A model generated the notes under the pieces. It searched no databases and was not told where the DNA came from. It was given only the letters and a program-made list of their open reading frames with translations. Positions 1 through 9,668 of a stretch of 64,000 nucleotides of DNA are shown here, one piece after another. Location of the stretch: NCBI GenBank assembly GCA_018654255.1, contig JABILX010000003.1, positions 13,030-77,029 of the forward strand. The letters run 5' to 3'. The first letter of the stretch is position 1. Each line of letters starts with the position of its first letter. A program made the position numbers and the translations under genes. Source of the DNA: Candidatus Peregrinibacteria bacterium (lineage in GTDB: Bacteria; Patescibacteriota; Gracilibacteria; UBA1369; LOWO2-01-FULL-3).

Positions 1-1361
1 TCGAACACGACGAAGGCCCACACACCCAATCAGAAAGAACCGACCTATACATAGAACACGCAGAAAAACTTCTCGAGAGCGGCCACGCCTACCACTGCTT
101 CTGCAGCAAAGACCGCCTAACAGAACTCCGAGAAAAACAAGAGTCAGCTAAACAAGCCACAATGTACGACCGCAAATGTGGAGAAATTCCTCTAGAAGAA
201 GCTAGAAAACGAGTAGCAGCCGGTGAACCACATGTCATCAGACAAAAAATCCCATACGAGAACCTGAAATTCAAAGATCTAATCAGAGGAAACGTACAAT
301 TCGATGGAAAAAACGTCGACGACCAAGTCCTAGTAAAATCAGATGGATTCCCAACTTATCACCTCGCAAACGTAGTCGACGACCACTTGATGGAAATCAC
401 ACACGTTATCAGGGGTGAAGAATGGCTCCCATCTACACCAAAACACATCTTCCTTTACAAAGCATTTGGTTGGGAGGTCCCAGAATTCGCACACATTCCC
501 CTATTATTAAACAAAGATCGCAGCAAACTCTCAAAACGCCAAGGACACGTTGCCGTGGAAGACTATATAAAGGAAGGATATCTCAAAGAAGCTATTCTAA
601 ATTTCGTAGTATTCTTGGGTTGGCATCCAGGCGCAGGCGATGAAAACGAACTTTATACCTTAAAAGAGTTAGAGAAAGCTTTTTCAATAGATCGCGTCCA
701 CAAATCAGGCGCAATCTTCGATATTGAAAAATTGGATTGGTACAACTGGCTATGGCAAAAGAAACTCTTCAACGAAGAAATGCAAAAAGTAGCCAACGAC
801 CTAGACGACAAAGTACAGATCGAAGAAGTAAAACGCGGCACGTTCAAATATAAGTTCTCTTCAAAAGAACTTCACGACAAATTCCTAGAAGAAAAAGGCA
901 CCGCTCTACACAAAATCTGCGAAGACTACCTCTCAGAAGACCAAAAAAAAGCCGATCAAACCATTCTCAACCAAGCACTCATAGCAAATGAAGAAAAAGT
1001 TCTAAAATCCGCAAAAGAAATCGCAGAACACTTGGACTACTTCTTCACCTTCCCAGACTTCGAGATAAACCTGATAACACACGAAAAAATGAAGGTGGAT
1101 CTGGCTCAGGCCAAGTCTGCCCTAGAAGCTTGCATACCAGTCCTAGAAAAAATCTCAGAAGAAGACTGGACAGAAGAAAATCTAGCAAAACTCCTCATCG
1201 ATCTCGTTCAAAAACTCGAGATCAAAAACGGCCAACTCCTCTGGCCAATCAGAGTCGCCCTCACAGGACAACAATTCTCTCCAGGAACATTCGAGATGTT
1301 ATGGGCACTGGGAAAAGAGGAATCTCTCGATCGCATCAACAACACAATCACTAGAATGTAG
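1..1361 (+). CDS. gltX: glutamyl-tRNA synthetase, 5' end cut by window edge
   Basis: Frame 3 is open from the window edge (..SERTDLYIEHAEKLLESGHAYHCFC..) into ORF 162..1361. It has a class I aaRS core with a KLSKR (KMSKS-type) motif and GlxRS-like blocks (DGFPTYHLANVVDDHLMEITHVIRGEEW). Confidence 0.9.
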   Translation, partial: EHDEGPHTQSERTDLYIEHAEKLLESGHAYHCFCSKDRLTELREKQESAKQATMYDRKCGEIPLEEARKRVAAGEPHVIRQKIPYENLKFKDLIRGNVQFDGKNVDDQVLVKSDGFPTYHLANVVDDHLMEITHVIRGEEWLPSTPKHIFLYKAFGWEVPEFAHIPLLLNKDRSKLSKRQGHVAVEDYIKEGYLKEAILNFVVFLGWHPGAGDENELYTLKELEKAFSIDRVHKSGAIFDIEKLDWYNWLWQKKLFNEEMQKVANDLDDKVQIEEVKRGTFKYKFSSKELHDKFLEEKGTALHKICEDYLSEDQKKADQTILNQALIANEEKVLKSAKEIAEHLDYFFTFPDFEINLITHEKMKVDLAQAKSALEACIPVLEKISEEDWTEENLAKLLIDLVQKLEIKNGQLLWPIRVALTGQQFSPGTFEMLWALGKEESLDRINNTITRM

Positions 1362-2238
1362 TGACCTTTCGCCACTTTTGAACCAACTGATCTATACCAC
1401 ACCGCTCACCACTTCGATCCGGCTCTTTACGCACTCGCCACAATCCTGGCTTTTTTGCCTCATTTGCTATCAAACCACGATGCGCTAAATCATGATGCCC
1501 AGAACACAGACAAAAAATCCTATCAGGGTCATGACACTTCACCCGAGAAAAACCATCTGCATGATGGAGTTCACTAAATTTCCTACCACAACCAGGAACC
1601 ACACATCTATAATTATCTCTACGCTTAACAAATCTTTCTATAGGTTTAGGAATGTGCCTCGATTCAGATTGAACTGGATCAGGTTTTTTATTCTCGATTT
1701 TTTCTTTTCTCAGATTCAGCAGTTTCTTTATTGCATCTTCCCATTCACCACTTCCTTTGAGCTTCTTCAACTGGTCCAAAACCTGAGGATTCAAAGACAT
1801 TGTCACAAAAACTTTTCCAGGTTGGATTTCCGCGCCGGCGCGGGCTGACTCGGTTCGCATACCTTTGACAAAAACCTCAACTTCACGCCTAGACATGCTC
1901 TCTACCCTGTCGGCCCACTCTTTTTCAGTCTCTTTCGTAGCAACAGTAGCCACAGGCTTAACAGCCCACAGCCCCTTACTGCTAACAACCTTCTGAAGAG
2001 CAGGCATACCCTCAATCTTCTTCAAAATCCGCAAACTCTCATCAACTTGATTCCGACTCAACCCAGCAATCTTCGCCGCATATTCATAAAGACTTCCAAA
2101 ACCTTTCTTCCGCCAAACTTTATACCTATCAATATCCGGCAAAAGCAACATACATCGCCTCGCCCACTCCTTAGCATTCTTGCCACATTCCGAGAACTGA
2201 ACATGCAACTCAACAGACCTAGCATCAATTTTTTCCAT
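1351..2238 (-). CDS. HNH endonuclease domain protein
   Basis: The C-terminus carries an HNH signature (CVVPGCGRKFSELHHADGF...CLCSGHHDLAHRG). The likely start is MEKIDARS at 2238; the ORF track allows 2295. It overlaps the gltX stop by 11 nt, convergently. Confidence 0.7.
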   Translation of the reverse strand: MEKIDARSVELHVQFSECGKNAKEWARRCMLLLPDIDRYKVWRKKGFGSLYEYAAKIAGLSRNQVDESLRILKKIEGMPALQKVVSSKGLWAVKPVATVATKETEKEWADRVESMSRREVEVFVKGMRTESARAGAEIQPGKVFVTMSLNPQVLDQLKKLKGSGEWEDAIKKLLNLRKEKIENKKPDPVQSESRHIPKPIERFVKRRDNYRCVVPGCGRKFSELHHADGFSRVKCHDPDRIFCLCSGHHDLAHRGLIANEAKKPGLWRVRKEPDRSGERCGIDQLVQKWRKVTTF

Positions 2239-2560
2239 TTTCAAATTGGTTAAAAAATAAAAAGAACCAGCAACCTGCCTCAGCAAGTCACACAATAAAT
2301 TTGAATTAAATATAAAATGGACAGAAATAATCGAACTCTACGAAAAACCATCACAATTTTAACACAAAAAAGTCCTCCCAAACAGGTTAAAATCAGCCAA
2401 ACTAGCAATTTTACAAAGACAAAATCTCGAGACCATGGCGTGGTGAGCAAAAACTCACCCTTTAGCAAAACAAAAGCCTCGCCTCGACAACCACAGAACT
2501 TTAATTTATTATGAAGCTGAGAACAAAACAACCAGAACAACCTAAACAAAAGAACACCAC

Positions 2561-2875
2561 ATGAACTTCTTCGAACTAGAACTCATAATCAAGCACGTCA
2601 GAAAAAACAACACTTGCCCGCATTGCGACAAGAGATACAACATAAAAGATATTTCCGTTCTAGCTTCAACACAGCAAGAGTGCCTTCTTGAGCTCAAATG
2701 CCAATACTGCAAAAAAACAGCTCTAACAGATATAATCGCATCATCAAAAGCCCCAAAAGACGTCCCATTAATCAACCAAATGATAAAAAACGGGATAACA
2801 GACAACGACATCTTGGACGTCAAAAACTTCCTAGAAAGTTTCGATGGAGATTTTAAAAAACTTTTTCATAACTAA
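2561..2875 (+). CDS. hypothetical small zinc-ribbon protein
   Basis: 104-aa ORF with two CxxC pairs (CPHCDKRY ... CQYCKK). Its A/C-rich codon use matches neighbouring + strand genes. Confidence 0.45.
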   Translation: MNFFELELIIKHVRKNNTCPHCDKRYNIKDISVLASTQQECLLELKCQYCKKTALTDIIASSKAPKDVPLINQMIKNGITDNDILDVKNFLESFDGDFKKLFHN

Positions 2876-2895
2876 ACCCTCATAACTAAATTAGA

Positions 2896-3132
2896 ATGAA
2901 AAAATATCTTACCCTACCGTTAATCCTCTCAACTCTGCTAATGACAGGTTGCTTAGACAAAGTTAAGGACGGAGCAATAGACATCAAAGACGACACAGTA
3001 AAAGCATATGAAAATCTAAAAGAAGAGATTGGCGAACTATCAGACAAGTTCACAGAAACAAAAGACAAAATCGATGAAACAGCAGAAGACCTAGAACAAG
3101 CAAAAGAATCTATAGACGCCGTATTCGATTAA
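2896..3132 (+). CDS. small lipoprotein
   Basis: The N-terminus MKKYLTLPLILSTLLMTGC is a signal peptide with a lipobox (LMTGC), followed by a charged helical region. Confidence 0.55.
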   Translation: MKKYLTLPLILSTLLMTGCLDKVKDGAIDIKDDTVKAYENLKEEIGELSDKFTETKDKIDETAEDLEQAKESIDAVFD

Positions 3133-3133
3133 G

Positions 3134-3823
3134 ATGATCAAAGCACAACTCCACATTCATATCAAAGGGGATCCCGTTGATAGGATTCCTTACAATTGGA
3201 AAACTTTAATAGACCACGCACACGAAAAAAACTTTCGCGTCCTTTCTTTCACCTGCCACAAACGCATCGTCTTCCCCCTCAAAGCAAAGAAATACGCCCA
3301 AAACCTCGGCATCCTATTAATTAAAGGAGTAGAAATTGAAATACAAAAAGAACACATCATCATTCTCAATCCAACAAAACAAGCAGAACACATCCGAACA
3401 TTCAAAGACCTAAAAAAATACAAAAACACCCACCCCGAATGCCTAATCATGGCCCCACACCCATTTCACCCAAGCAAAGTCTCTCTCAAAAAGAGCCTAG
3501 AAAAACACATAGATCTTTTTGATGCGCTAGAATTCAGCTTTTACTACACAAGCCTCAAAAACCCAAACCTCAAAACAGAAGCTCTAGCAAAAAAACAAGG
3601 ACTGCCATTGATAGGAACATCTGACTGCCACATCTTGAAATACTTCAACCACACATATACAACCATCGAAAACACAAAACCTTTGACAACAAAAAACTTC
3701 CTCAAAACCATCAAAGAAAACAAAGTCAAAATACACACAACTCCCCTCTCAAACATCGAAGCCGCAAAAATAGTCCTAACTCTTTTAATTCGAAAATTGA
3801 GAAAATTATTGCCTGTGGTATAA
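3134..3823 (+). CDS. PHP-family metal-dependent phosphoesterase
   Basis: It has the N-terminal HIHIKGD motif and the distal GTSDCH motif typical of PHP domains. Confidence 0.6.
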   Translation: MIKAQLHIHIKGDPVDRIPYNWKTLIDHAHEKNFRVLSFTCHKRIVFPLKAKKYAQNLGILLIKGVEIEIQKEHIIILNPTKQAEHIRTFKDLKKYKNTHPECLIMAPHPFHPSKVSLKKSLEKHIDLFDALEFSFYYTSLKNPNLKTEALAKKQGLPLIGTSDCHILKYFNHTYTTIENTKPLTTKNFLKTIKENKVKIHTTPLSNIEAAKIVLTLLIRKLRKLLPVV

Positions 3824-3845
3824 TCATCAAAGTAACCCTCACCCT

Positions 3846-4859
3846 ATGCATAATTTTCTTCGCAAAGTTCGTGCTTCAGCAAAAGCAAACCCAAAAAAAA
3901 TCGTTTTCCCCGAGGGAGAAGAGCCTAGAATTTTAGAAGCAACTGAAACGATTATTAACCAAGGATTTGCAAACCCAATCCTAATCGGAGATCCAAGAAA
4001 GATGAAATCTCGCGCAAAAAAACAAAACCTCAAAATCGACTGGGGAAAAGTCAAAATCATCAACCCAAAAACTTCAAAATTAACAGAGAAATACACAGAA
4101 GCTTTCGCAGAAGCCAGAAAAGGAAAAGGCCTCACCAAAGCAAAAGCAAGAAAAATTCTCAAAAGCAAAGAAGGTATCAACTATTTTGGAACAATGATGG
4201 TACACACAGACGACGCAGACGGAATGGTTTCCGGAACAACATTCTCAACAGCAAACACAATAAGACCTGCCCTCCAAATAATAAAAACCGAAGAACAATT
4301 CCACACAGTCTCAGGAATTTTCTTCATGGTTCTAGAAAAACGACTTCTTTTATTTGCAGACGCGGCAATCACTATAGCGCCTGAATCTCACGATTTAGTC
4401 GACATCGCAGAAGACACAGTAAAAACAGCAAAAGCATTCGGAGTAGACCCAAGAGTCGCCTTCCTATCATTCTCAACAAAAGGATCCGCAAACCACCCAA
4501 GAGTCGATCGCGTCCGACAAGCTGTAAAAATGTTCAAACACGAATACCCAGACGTAATTTGTGATGGAGAAATGCAAGTTGACGCAGCTCTCGTACCAAA
4601 AGTCGCAGAAAAAAAATGCCCTTCATCCCCTATCCAAGGAAATGCAAACATACTCGTATTCCCAAACTTAGAAGCAGCCAACATTTCATACAAACTAGTA
4701 GAACGCCTAGCCGGTGCAAAAGCTATCGGCCCATTGCTCCAGGGACTACGAAAACCAGTCAATGACTTATCCCGAGGATGCAGTGCAAAAGACATAGTAT
4801 CAGTAACAGCATTCACCTGCTGCCAAGCACAAGGCACGTGCGAATATTGCGTCTCGTAA
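3846..4859 (+). CDS. pta: phosphate acetyltransferase
   Basis: PTA_PTB-type sequence (KKIVFPEGEEPRILEATE..., DADGMVSG, LVFPNLEAANISYK), directly upstream of ackA. Confidence 0.85.
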   Translation: MHNFLRKVRASAKANPKKIVFPEGEEPRILEATETIINQGFANPILIGDPRKMKSRAKKQNLKIDWGKVKIINPKTSKLTEKYTEAFAEARKGKGLTKAKARKILKSKEGINYFGTMMVHTDDADGMVSGTTFSTANTIRPALQIIKTEEQFHTVSGIFFMVLEKRLLLFADAAITIAPESHDLVDIAEDTVKTAKAFGVDPRVAFLSFSTKGSANHPRVDRVRQAVKMFKHEYPDVICDGEMQVDAALVPKVAEKKCPSSPIQGNANILVFPNLEAANISYKLVERLAGAKAIGPLLQGLRKPVNDLSRGCSAKDIVSVTAFTCCQAQGTCEYCVS

Positions 4860-4881
4860 AACATAACTTAAGCTCCCTCAG

Positions 4882-6060
4882 ATGAAAAAAATCTTAGTAA
4901 TAAACTGCGGATCTTCCTCTCTGAAATTTGAGTTATTTGTAGGAGGAAAAGAACCAACTTCAATCGCAGAAGGATTGATAGACGGAATAGGAAAAGACAA
5001 CTGCCGAGTCACATTCAAAAGTTCAGAATTAAACCTCGGACTAAGAAGCAATTTCGCAAACCACACAGCGGCAATCAAGTATGCTTTTGATGCTTTGTTA
5101 AAATCAAAATCAATCAGTAAACTTTCTGACATTTCAATCGTAGGTCACAGAGTAGTGCACGGCGGAGAAAAATACCAAAAAGCCACAAAGATCGACGCAA
5201 AAGTCCTAAAAGAAATCAAAGCCCTTTGCCCACTTGCACCACTCCACAATCCAATCAACTTAAAAGGAATTGAAGCCTGCAAAAAACTACTCCCACGAGC
5301 AAAACAAATCGCTGTCTTTGACACAGCATTCCACCAAACACTCAACGAAAAAACATATCTCTACGCCATCCCTCAAGAGTTCTACACAAAACACAGAATC
5401 AGAAAATACGGCTTCCACGGAACCAGCCACAAATACGTCACAAATGAAACAATCAAGCTTCTCGGCAAAAAACCAAACCCAAAGATAATCACATGCCACT
5501 TCGGAAACGGCTCATCGATAACAGCTTCCAAAAGCGGAAAAGTCGTAGACACAAGCCTGGGCTACACTCCACTCGACGGAATCCCAATGGGAACTCGCTC
5601 AGGATCTCTAGACCCAACGATTCCACTCCGCCTTCAGCAACTCAAAAAATGGACCCCAGCAAAAACAGACGAATTCCTCAACCGCGAATGTGGACTCAAA
5701 GGTCTTTCTGGAATCTCATCTGACATGCGAGAAATATACGCAGAATCATTAAAGAAAAACCCAGACGCACTCCTAACGATCGGCCATTTGGCATATCACT
5801 CAGCTAAATACATAGGTTCATACATAGCCGCATTAGACGGCCTCGACGCCCTCGTCTTCACAGCCGGAATGGGCGAAAAAGCTTTCTACGTCAGAGAACA
5901 AATCTGTGAACATTTCTCACACCTTGGCCTTAAACTAGATAAGAACAAGAACAAGAAAAACGACAAACTCATATCAACAAAATCAAGTAAAGTAAAAGTC
6001 TTCGTCATTCCAACTGATGAAGAATATCAAATAGCAAAAGAATCACTTCAAATAAAATAA
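4882..6060 (+). CDS. ackA: acetate kinase
   Basis: Canonical N-terminus MKKILVINCGSSSLKF, plus HRVVHGG and GFHGTSH motifs. Confidence 0.92.
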   Translation: MKKILVINCGSSSLKFELFVGGKEPTSIAEGLIDGIGKDNCRVTFKSSELNLGLRSNFANHTAAIKYAFDALLKSKSISKLSDISIVGHRVVHGGEKYQKATKIDAKVLKEIKALCPLAPLHNPINLKGIEACKKLLPRAKQIAVFDTAFHQTLNEKTYLYAIPQEFYTKHRIRKYGFHGTSHKYVTNETIKLLGKKPNPKIITCHFGNGSSITASKSGKVVDTSLGYTPLDGIPMGTRSGSLDPTIPLRLQQLKKWTPAKTDEFLNRECGLKGLSGISSDMREIYAESLKKNPDALLTIGHLAYHSAKYIGSYIAALDGLDALVFTAGMGEKAFYVREQICEHFSHLGLKLDKNKNKKNDKLISTKSSKVKVFVIPTDEEYQIAKESLQIK

Positions 6061-6074
6061 CCTCAACCTATCCT

Positions 6075-7559
6075 ATGAAACTAAACGCAACAAAAATTCC
6101 AATTCGCGTTGGAAAAAAATACATCGCCGTTCTAAATGAAAAACGCGCACACTTCCTCGACCTCCACGCAGGCGATCGTGTAATCCTCAAAAAAAGCAGA
6201 GTCCCTTCCATTCGTGCAATTCTAGAAATAACAGATAACAGCGAACTCAAAGAAACAGAAATTGGACTATACGAAGAAACTTGGGAAAAACTCAAAGTCG
6301 ACAATTACGGTGAAGACGTAGAAATTGGAATCGCAAAAAAACCAATCTCAACCACATACATCAAAGAAAAATTAAACGGCAAACCCCTCGACGCAAAAAA
6401 GATCAACGAAATCATAAAAGACGTCGTAAATGACGATCTATCTGACATCGAAGTCTCATACTTTGTATCTGGATGCTATGTTCACGGACTCTCAGACAAA
6501 GAAACCGCAGACCTCACCCGAGCAATCGTAAAAAACGGCTCACAAATCAAATTCGGAAACCGCATCGTCGCTGACAAACATTGTATCGGTGGAGTTCCAG
6601 GGAATCGAACCACAATGATCATCATCCCAATCATCACAGCAGCAGGAATCGTTATGCCAAAAACTTCATCAAGAGCAATCACAAGCCCATCAGGAACAGC
6701 AGACACAATGGAAGTTCTCGCAAACATAACCAACGACGCACCAAAACTCAAAAAGATCGCTCAAAAAGCCGGAGGATTCATAACTTGGGGCGGTGGAGTC
6801 GACCTCGCATCAGCAGACGACAAAATGATCAAAGTCCGCCATCCCCTATCTCTAGACCCTCAAGGAATGCTTCTCGCATCAATCATGGCAAAAAAATTCT
6901 CAGTCTCTTCAAATCACGTTTTGATAGACATTCCTGTAGGACCTCAAGTCAAAGTTAAAACCAAGAAAGAAGGAAAAATCCTCAAAAAACGATTCGAAAC
7001 TCTCGGTAAATATCTCGGAATGAAAATCAAAGTAATTTTCAGCAACGGCGACCAACCAATCGGAAACGGAATCGGCCCCTCTCTCGAAGCAATGGACGTC
7101 CTGAAAACTCTAAAAAACGAACCAGACGCACCACAAGAACTCAGAGAAAAGTCTATAATGATGGCAGGCCTACTCCTCGAATTATGTGGCAAAGCAAGAA
7201 AAACCAGAGGAAAAGCAATGGCACGCCGCTTACTTGATTCAGGCAAAGCATATGAACAAATGATGAAAATCATCAAAGCCCAAGGAGCAAAACGAACCAA
7301 GCTCCGACCAGGCAAATTCTCAAAAATCATAAAAGCAGGCAAAGCAGGCCGCATCACAGGAATCAACAATAAACTAATCGCACACATCGCAAGAACAGCA
7401 GGCGCTCCAAAAGACGCAGAAGCTGGCGTATATCTCCACAAAAAAATAGGAGCAACGGTCACAAAAGGAGAACCACTCTTCACCATCTACGCAGACATCG
7501 AAGAACGTATCGGTTACACATCTCAATACCCACTCAACAAAGCCTACACAATCAAATAA
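6075..7559 (+). CDS. AMP phosphorylase / thymidine phosphorylase family (archaeal-type, with N-terminal extension)
   Basis: 494 aa with the pyrimidine-nucleoside phosphorylase core (DKHCIGGVPGNRTT, TSSRAITSPSGTADTMEVL). It has the ~90-aa N-terminal domain typical of AMP phosphorylases and sits next to an eIF-2B-family isomerase. Confidence 0.75.
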   Translation: MKLNATKIPIRVGKKYIAVLNEKRAHFLDLHAGDRVILKKSRVPSIRAILEITDNSELKETEIGLYEETWEKLKVDNYGEDVEIGIAKKPISTTYIKEKLNGKPLDAKKINEIIKDVVNDDLSDIEVSYFVSGCYVHGLSDKETADLTRAIVKNGSQIKFGNRIVADKHCIGGVPGNRTTMIIIPIITAAGIVMPKTSSRAITSPSGTADTMEVLANITNDAPKLKKIAQKAGGFITWGGGVDLASADDKMIKVRHPLSLDPQGMLLASIMAKKFSVSSNHVLIDIPVGPQVKVKTKKEGKILKKRFETLGKYLGMKIKVIFSNGDQPIGNGIGPSLEAMDVLKTLKNEPDAPQELREKSIMMAGLLLELCGKARKTRGKAMARRLLDSGKAYEQMMKIIKAQGAKRTKLRPGKFSKIIKAGKAGRITGINNKLIAHIARTAGAPKDAEAGVYLHKKIGATVTKGEPLFTIYADIEERIGYTSQYPLNKAYTIK

Positions 7560-7579
7560 CCACTTTAGCCCGCAAAACC

Positions 7580-8449
7580 ATGCCAAAATATACTTTCAAC
7601 GAAACTGTCAAAAAAATTAAATCTCTCGAGATACAAGGCGCAGAAAACATAGCAGTCCGTGCAGTTGAAGCCTTTGCAACCAAGCTCAAAGAAACCCGCA
7701 GCAAAGCCAAACTGAAAAAAGCCGTCCGCGAACTCAAAGCAGCCCGTGCAACAGAACCTGCCCTCCAAAACGCACTCGACTACTGCCTCGCAAACTACGA
7801 TACCGACTCCAACATCGTAAAAACAGTCCTCGCCCATTTCAAAGACAGCAGACCTATGATCTCAAAAAACGGAGCAACCCTCATAAAAAATGGAATGAAA
7901 GTTTTCACCCATTGCCACTCAAGCACAGTCCGAAGAATTCTAGAAGAAGCTCACAGCCAAGGTATCAAATTTGAAGTCTTCAACACAGAAACCCGCCCAC
8001 GCTTCCAAGGACGAATCACAGCAGCAGAACTCGCTAAGAAAGGAATCAAAGTCACCCACATGGTTGATTCCGCCGGCCGCCATATGCTCAGAAAATGCGA
8101 CTTATTCCTGATCGGTTGTGACTCAATCACAAAGAGCAGAAAAGTCATAAACAAAATCGGTACAGAGAGCCTTTTTGACGCAGCCCAAGAAAGCAAAATC
8201 CCTACATACGTCTGCACAAACTCTTGGAAATTCGACACCGAATCTACCCTGAAGAAAGACACCAAGATCGAAGAACGTGATCCTGCAGAAGTCTGGGATC
8301 GACCACCAAAAAAAGTCACAATCTTCAACCCAGCATTTGAGAAAATCGATTTAGACAAAGCAACAGGTGTAATCACAGAACTCGGCGTTCTCAAGCCAAA
8401 GAAACTCGTTCGCAAAATACGAAAAAATTACCCATACATATGGCAATAA
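7580..8449 (+). CDS. ribose-1,5-bisphosphate isomerase (eIF-2B alpha/beta/delta family)
   Basis: IF-2B-family sequence (GAENIAVRAVEAF..., THCHSSTV, LIGCDSI). Its position after the AMP phosphorylase gene matches the known AMP salvage module. Confidence 0.7.
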   Translation: MPKYTFNETVKKIKSLEIQGAENIAVRAVEAFATKLKETRSKAKLKKAVRELKAARATEPALQNALDYCLANYDTDSNIVKTVLAHFKDSRPMISKNGATLIKNGMKVFTHCHSSTVRRILEEAHSQGIKFEVFNTETRPRFQGRITAAELAKKGIKVTHMVDSAGRHMLRKCDLFLIGCDSITKSRKVINKIGTESLFDAAQESKIPTYVCTNSWKFDTESTLKKDTKIEERDPAEVWDRPPKKVTIFNPAFEKIDLDKATGVITELGVLKPKKLVRKIRKNYPYIWQ

Positions 8450-8928
8450 CAAAGAAAGACATCGGATTCCTAGAACAACTCGACAAAATCGAGCCAAAAG
8501 CGAAATGCGTCCGCGCAAACATCGCAGCAATGCTAGTAAAAAGCGGGAAAGTACTAGTAAAGCACACAAACGACTGGCACAACAAAACTCCTTGCAACAA
8601 GATTGGCTGCATACGCAACAAACGCAAAGTAAAATCCGGCACACACCGCGAAATCTGCTACGGCCTCTGTGCAGAACAATGGTGTCTCGCCATAGCTGCC
8701 CGCAAAGGCATCAAAGTCGCAGGATCAACCTGTTACGTCACAAAACACCCATGCCGCGTGTGTGAAAGCCTCCTCACTGAAGCAGGCATCAAACGCATCG
8801 TCTACCAAGAAGGTTACCCCGACGTCCTTCCAAAATTTGATCTCTTCGAAAAAAGCAAAGTCAAAGTAGAACAAGGCCCAAACACAAACTACAAATCAGA
8901 GAAGATTCCGAAAAGTCACACGATTTAG
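8440..8928 (+). CDS. CMP/dCMP deaminase family zinc enzyme
   Basis: It has the zinc motif C-A-E (GLCAEQWC) plus PCRVCE. CAE rather than HAE resembles the all-cysteine cytidine deaminase subtype. Confidence 0.65.
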   Translation: MAITKKDIGFLEQLDKIEPKAKCVRANIAAMLVKSGKVLVKHTNDWHNKTPCNKIGCIRNKRKVKSGTHREICYGLCAEQWCLAIAARKGIKVAGSTCYVTKHPCRVCESLLTEAGIKRIVYQEGYPDVLPKFDLFEKSKVKVEQGPNTNYKSEKIPKSHTI

Positions 8929-8932
8929 AAAA

Positions 8933-9490
8933 CTAAATCCGCCAAGTAGCATCAAAAGCTTTTAACAAAGCTTCTTTTCCCTCAACTACTTCTCCTAGTC
9001 CATCCCAAAGACCCAACTCTTTCATAACTTTCCTTCTAGCTACCTTTCTACAATCATCTCTCTCTTCTTCATCATCCCAAGGAGCATCCTCCATCTCTTT
9101 ACGCATAAGAGCTTTATACTGCCTCCTCAGATCAGATGCCTCCACTCTAACAACCCTTCTCTTATGATCAGGTAAATCCTGCATTTCATCAATAAGATCA
9201 ATCAAAACATGAAAACGAGACCTAGCTGCCCACTCATCACCTTCCCCATTAAAAAATGCCGCAAATCTCTCACGAATCAAATCAACATTCCCCTCAATAT
9301 CAGCCAAAATCCTTTCATTCAAACCAAGAGAAAAAGCATCATTCAACGCATCAACCTGCTCCGAATCAATTCTATCCTCCAAAAGCCTTGGCAACACAAT
9401 CGTACGCGCCAGCTCCATACCCGACACATCTGGATGACCTCCTCCAATAGACATAATAAATTTTGTTAAATTCAAACAGGAGCCGATCAT
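8933..9490 (-). CDS. hypothetical protein
   Basis: 185-aa ORF with no recognisable motif. An alternative start is MSIGGG at 9454. Confidence 0.4.
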   Translation of the reverse strand: MIGSCLNLTKFIMSIGGGHPDVSGMELARTIVLPRLLEDRIDSEQVDALNDAFSLGLNERILADIEGNVDLIRERFAAFFNGEGDEWAARSRFHVLIDLIDEMQDLPDHKRRVVRVEASDLRRQYKALMRKEMEDAPWDDEEERDDCRKVARRKVMKELGLWDGLGEVVEGKEALLKAFDATWRI

Positions 9491-9540
9491 ACCAAACCCT
9501 CCCCTTTAAGACAATCCATTTATGAAGAATCCTCTTATAG

Positions 9541-9668
9541 AGGGAAAGAAAGGAACGAGAAAAGTTTCAGCTACTTTTTCCTGCATCATGATGCAGGAAA
9601 ACTGAGTGTATGAACATGTTCATACACGAAGATTTAGTAGTTAACTTTTCAAGAGCCTTCTTTCTCTC
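9541..9668. repeat. nested palindromic element, family A, copy 1 (probable bidirectional terminator)
   Basis: Layout is GCTACTTTTTC, hairpin TTTTCCTGCATCATGATGCAGGAAAA (9576-9601), CTGA, hairpin GTGTATGAACATGTTCATACAC (9606-9627), then TTAGTAG. The flanks AGGGAAAGAAAGG / CCTTCTTTCTCTC are inverted. The same architecture recurs at 36356-36490. Confidence 0.6.

Noticed and set aside
4388-4864. Long antisense ORFs opposite clear genes (for example 4388..4864, 6944..7486, 7951..8415, 22933..23391, 47679..48395, 16313..16807, 30657..31049, 38410..38916)
   Set aside because: They lie opposite genes with strong family motifs. The biased composition suppresses stop codons in alternative frames. Their products are low-complexity.
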